Positions 20,057 to 24,247 of a stretch of 24,247 bases of DNA are shown here, piece by piece. A program made the translations under genes and the position numbers. Numbering within the stretch: the stretch's first letter is position 1; each line of letters starts with the position of its first letter. Under the pieces are notes generated by a model, which made no database searches, had not been told where the DNA came from, and saw nothing but the letters and a program-made list of their open reading frames with translations. The stretch lies in IMG/VR virus record IMGVR_UViG_3300022930_000029, positions 1 to 24,247 of that record, one strand, 5' to 3'. This stretch comes from a virus (taxonomy: Duplodnaviria; Caudoviricetes).

Positions 20057-23000
20057 TGGCCTGTTCACTAACAAGAAACCCGCAGACAAACCAGATACAG
20101 AAAGTTTTAAGTCCGGAAGGACGTGAGTCTGCAATATTCAATACCCTTGCAAGGCATCCATTATTGGAAGGCAGTGAACAGGCTTTGGACGCTTACAAGA
20201 ACGTCTATGGACAGGACGAGAGCCTTTTGCTTGTAGGGCATGAATTGCCGGACGGCACTTTCGTTTCAGATTACAAGGAAACACTTCTACGCACTCCTGA
20301 AAATGGAGAGATAAAGATGGGAATTCAATCCCCGGAAGGATTTACAGCACTTCTTACAACCAAGAAAACCACTCAGAGGGACAGTGTTGCAGGATTTACA
20401 AATTATGGCATAGAGAATAATCTCATAAAGCCCGAAAGAATCCGCGTTCAAGACAATTATCTTCTTGAGGTTGCAGGAGAGACGGATATTGCACAGGAAA
20501 CAATCGCTGAAATTCTGGAAAAAGATGCCTATGCGTGGATGGGAAAAAGGGGAATACTGCGCGATGGAACCGGATTCTCATTCACCCAGACAAGAGAACA
20601 GGTGCAGGTAACGGACTCAGAGGGCAGAATCTCTTACCGGGATCAAAAGGAAATCGATGCAATGACACGTGATCAATTGGTTGCTGAATTTGCCAATGGG
20701 GACGACCTTATAATCCAAAGGGAGAGCAGAAAACTATATCCACCTTACCGTGACGGAAATTTCGTATTTGAAAGACAGGCAAAGCCGGATTTTACGGAAG
20801 CAGAGTTACAGAACAGGCTCCTGAACTTCCTGAGTAAATTAGGGGTAAAAGTCACGAGCATAACAAATTACGTTCAGAATTACAAGATAAGAAATGGTGT
20901 AAACCCCTCGGCAAAGGCACTGGCGGACATAGCAAACAAGGTAATTGCTTTCACCGAAGGAACAATACGCATAGAAGACCTCACCGAGGAGGTATCACAC
21001 TTCATAGCCGAGGTAATGCCACAGGCAGAAACCGAAAATGTCCTGAGAAACATCCATTTATCCGAGGAATGGCAACAATATTCAGAGGCGTATAGGGAAA
21101 TCTACATGGATGAATATTCCGGGGAAGAACTTGAAATGGCCGTAAGAAAAGAAGTATTGGGTAAGGTCATTGCCAATAGTATCTTGAATCAGGATGTATC
21201 AGGCAAATCAGATGTACAGAAAAACTTCCTGCAAAAAGGGATTGATTTCATCGCACAATTCTTTACCTCCATACAAACATATCTTCAGCCAACACACCGC
21301 GCAGAATTAAATCAATATATCCAGAACGTACAGATGCTTCTTGACCAGCAGGATCTGGCTGATTTATTGGCCGATGCAAACCTTGAACAAAGCTCTTTCC
21401 GTTTCTATTCCGTCGACGCAAGCAGCAATTCACCGGAGGATGTAACAATCCGCGCCTCAAGGAAATTGGCTGAACAACTTGACCAGAACCTTACCGACTT
21501 GAGAAAGGCCAATGCAAATCCTAGCAGGCTTGAACAATTGCAGATAAAAAAGGTGAGAAAGGAATTGGACGAAACTTTACAGGTCGGTTCCATAGCCTCA
21601 CTCATCAACATCGCGGCCAATTCTACGGATTACATAGAAAATGCCATCATGGATTCGGAAAAAGGCGGGAAGAATTATGTATTAAGTGCGGATGAAATGA
21701 TTATTTTCCAGAACATCAGGACAGAACTTTTGCCTACAATCAACGAAGTGGCCGACTCAATAAAGAATAATAATGACCCGCAATACAAACAACTTTACAG
21801 CAGGATTCAAGAAATATCCGGCAAGATAAATAAGGTAGAGGCCAGCAAGACAAATGCTGAAAGAAAGTCTATTGATGCCCTGATTCAAAATATGGTCAGT
21901 TATTACAACTATCCAGATTCTTACAGGTCTTACCTTGAGTCCTATTTAAACCGTCAACAGGAGGACATTTCTTCGGTAACAGCCCTCATGGGAACCTTGG
22001 CCAATGCCCCGCACCCACTTCTAAGGTTACTGGGAAAATCATTGACCGATATGAATCATCAGGCTCACACGGTATTCCAGCAGGAAACAAAACAATTCCA
22101 GAACAAGTTGAAGGAACTCGGTGTAAACGAGAAATATGTCAGTTCTTTCATTGATGATTCCAAGAGATTCTTATTATCGGAATATGATTTTGAGAAATGG
22201 GAAAAAGCGGTGGACAAATTATATGTGGAGGCTTACAAACAAGTTGCGCCGGAAAGCAAATTAACCGATGAAAAAATAATCGAGAACAAAAACTCAAACA
22301 TTTTTGAGCAGGATGTAGACCCCAACGAGGTTGACAGGATCCACAGAAATCTTGTAATCGAGAACGACCTCAATGAAAACCCGCGCAAAAAAGAATATTA
22401 TCTTGAGCAACAGAAGATGTATGACGATCTGAACATCTCACAGCAGACCCGCCAGTTCCTCAGTGCATATATGTCCGATATTCAGGTTTTATTAAGAAAG
22501 GCAAAAGGCTCTGATGGAAGGATTGACCGTACACTGCTTTCCCTGCAAGACCAGAAGATGCTCGAAAGTCGTGAACAGAAAAGAAACATCCTCAAAAGCT
22601 ATACCGATGAGAACGGGAATCTGCGCAAGGGGCTTATGTATCAGAAAGATGCAGATGGAGGGTATGAACTTGACGACAGGGGCAGGCCACAAATTGTAGT
22701 TGATCCCAGCATTTCAGAATTGCCCGAAGATACCTTATTGTCTTTGGACATAAACAGATTGGACGACTTTATCCGCGCAAAAAATGAGGGCAAGGAAGTT
22801 GAACAGAAGGAATTGCCGGAATCATTCATAAACAAACTTGAAGATCTTGACATAGAAAGGGGACGAGAGACAGCTATAAAAGGACTCTACCTTAACAGCT
22901 ACATGGGATTCACACAGGAATTCTGGAATAGCCTTGGGCAATCCACCTCTATCACCGACAAACTCAAGCAGGCCAAAGAGGATAATCCGGAAAATGGATT

Positions 23001-24247
23001 TGAGATTCAACAGATAATGGATGTCATTGTCGAGAATAATTACAAGATAAAATCCATCATAAGATTATCGGCCAAAAGAAACAATCCTACGGAGACGGAC
23101 GTTGATTCCATGTCCCAAATCTCAAGAAGTTCAATTCTTGAATATGCTGAGATCTTGGACGATTACTATAATCGCGCCAGAAAATACACCAAAGACATAA
23201 CGGCAGAAGAAGTCGAAAATGAAAATATCTGGGAAGCGGTTTCAGATGTAAATGGAAGTTACGGAAAATCACTTGCAGATGAAGGAATTGCCATAGCCGA
23301 TTTGGATGATAATGCAACAAGGCTTGACAAGCTAAACAAGCAGGTTGACTTTGCCAAGAAACATATGACTGCCTACAACAGCAAGCTCGTCACCGATGCA
23401 ATGTATCAGTTGGATCAATATCGCCGGGGAAAAATAGATACACTCCCAAAATCAATCAGGAAACTTTTGGACAGATATCAGGTAGACGAACAAGCTATCC
23501 TCGAAAATACCACCTATGTAATGTTTACGCAGGAATATATTCAAGGTAAACTTCTACCTTACTATAAGAGATTCATTCCAGACACATACCTTGCATTCCA
23601 AGGCGCACTTGAAAAAACCGACAACAGTATGACCGATGTTTTGGCAACCGCAAGACAGGCCGGGGTAGAAATCAGGCCACACTATTCCTATTTCGAATTG
23701 GACGATAATGAGGATCTGAATACAAACTATAATCCCTTCCTAAAAGTCGGTTTCCAGCAGCCAAATCTAAGTAATTTCAAAAATGAAAAATTCGCGGAAA
23801 GATTTGGACAGGTGACAGTAGATGAAGAAAGACCGGACAGATTCAAGACCTCAAGCAATAATCAAAAGGACTTGGATATCTATAACGCCATATTGGACTA
23901 TAACGAGGCTTCATTGAACCGAATGGGCGTAGGAGAGAGCTATAACTATTTCATGCTCCCACAAGTCCAGAAACACTCCCTAGAGCGTTATCAGAGCACT
24001 TTATCCAATTTATCCGGGGAAAGATTAAAAGCATTTATACAGGATAAGCTGAATTACACCGAGGATGAGCAGATAAAAGGTGAGCAAAGATATGGCATAA
24101 GCGGTAATATTATTCCGAAGCGTTACGTAAACAGGATAAAAGACCAGAAAGACGTGTCAAATGACCTTTTCACCTCTATGGCTCTAAGAAGCAAGGAAGC
24201 TGCACTAAGAGAGGCAAGACTTGAACATTGGGGAAATGTAATAAGCA
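20056..24247 (+). CDS. Giant internal virion protein with zincin-like (EExxH) domain, 3'-truncated, >1397 aa
   Basis: Absent from the supplied track. I translated it by hand from ATG 20056 (TAATG overlap): MACSLTRNPQTNQIQKVLSPEGRESAIF..., with no stop in 1397 codons to the window end. Contains DLTEEVSHFI (EEVSH 20986-21000), VRKEVLGKVIA, EDISSVTALMGTLANAPHPLL and IIPKRYVNRIKDQKDVSNDLFTSM, which resemble the last giant cargo protein of crAss-like phages (from memory). Confidence 0.75.
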   Translation, partial: MACSLTRNPQTNQIQKVLSPEGRESAIFNTLARHPLLEGSEQALDAYKNVYGQDESLLLVGHELPDGTFVSDYKETLLRTPENGEIKMGIQSPEGFTALLTTKKTTQRDSVAGFTNYGIENNLIKPERIRVQDNYLLEVAGETDIAQETIAEILEKDAYAWMGKRGILRDGTGFSFTQTREQVQVTDSEGRISYRDQKEIDAMTRDQLVAEFANGDDLIIQRESRKLYPPYRDGNFVFERQAKPDFTEAELQNRLLNFLSKLGVKVTSITNYVQNYKIRNGVNPSAKALADIANKVIAFTEGTIRIEDLTEEVSHFIAEVMPQAETENVLRNIHLSEEWQQYSEAYREIYMDEYSGEELEMAVRKEVLGKVIANSILNQDVSGKSDVQKNFLQKGIDFIAQFFTSIQTYLQPTHRAELNQYIQNVQMLLDQQDLADLLADANLEQSSFRFYSVDASSNSPEDVTIRASRKLAEQLDQNLTDLRKANANPSRLEQLQIKKVRKELDETLQVGSIASLINIAANSTDYIENAIMDSEKGGKNYVLSADEMIIFQNIRTELLPTINEVADSIKNNNDPQYKQLYSRIQEISGKINKVEASKTNAERKSIDALIQNMVSYYNYPDSYRSYLESYLNRQQEDISSVTALMGTLANAPHPLLRLLGKSLTDMNHQAHTVFQQETKQFQNKLKELGVNEKYVSSFIDDSKRFLLSEYDFEKWEKAVDKLYVEAYKQVAPESKLTDEKIIENKNSNIFEQDVDPNEVDRIHRNLVIENDLNENPRKKEYYLEQQKMYDDLNISQQTRQFLSAYMSDIQVLLRKAKGSDGRIDRTLLSLQDQKMLESREQKRNILKSYTDENGNLRKGLMYQKDADGGYELDDRGRPQIVVDPSISELPEDTLLSLDINRLDDFIRAKNEGKEVEQKELPESFINKLEDLDIERGRETAIKGLYLNSYMGFTQEFWNSLGQSTSITDKLKQAKEDNPENGFEIQQIMDVIVENNYKIKSIIRLSAKRNNPTETDVDSMSQISRSSILEYAEILDDYYNRARKYTKDITAEEVENENIWEAVSDVNGSYGKSLADEGIAIADLDDNATRLDKLNKQVDFAKKHMTAYNSKLVTDAMYQLDQYRRGKIDTLPKSIRKLLDRYQVDEQAILENTTYVMFTQEYIQGKLLPYYKRFIPDTYLAFQGALEKTDNSMTDVLATARQAGVEIRPHYSYFELDDNEDLNTNYNPFLKVGFQQPNLSNFKNEKFAERFGQVTVDEERPDRFKTSSNNQKDLDIYNAILDYNEASLNRMGVGESYNYFMLPQVQKHSLERYQSTLSNLSGERLKAFIQDKLNYTEDEQIKGEQRYGISGNIIPKRYVNRIKDQKDVSNDLFTSMALRSKEAALREARLEHWGNVIS

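Noticed and set aside
1-24247. Stop-codon reassignment as in some crAss-like phages
   Set aside because: All large ORFs are intact in code 11, and TGA, TAA and TAG each end a gene at a sensible junction.
1-24247. CRISPR arrays, tRNAs, IS elements, introns, DGR repeats
   Set aside because: The window is almost entirely coding and I saw no such repeats or RNA structures by eye. Weak or diverged repeats could have been missed.

Overview
Dense, all-plus-strand phage virion-gene cassette with seven large CDSs, the first and last cut by the window edges. Order: tail muzzle/stabilisation-like protein, virion lysozyme fusion, xxGG-repeat cargo protein, then a terminator and a Bacteroidota-type promoter, then four large internal (ejected cargo-like) proteins. 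The gene order, motifs and TAnnTTTG box suggest a crAss-like (Crassvirales-related) podophage of a Bacteroidota host; this is inferred from recalled motifs, no search was run. The most striking pattern is that ~6,200 residues of cargo-type protein contain only four cysteines, all at two consecutive gene junctions (...NC-stop followed by M..ACSL), suggesting a head-to-tail cysteine-linked chain of ejected proteins. Other signals: repeated [MYL][QK]xGG module delimiters, no visible RNA polymerase motif where crAss phages carry their virion RNAP, and apparent absence of CCWGG across the window.
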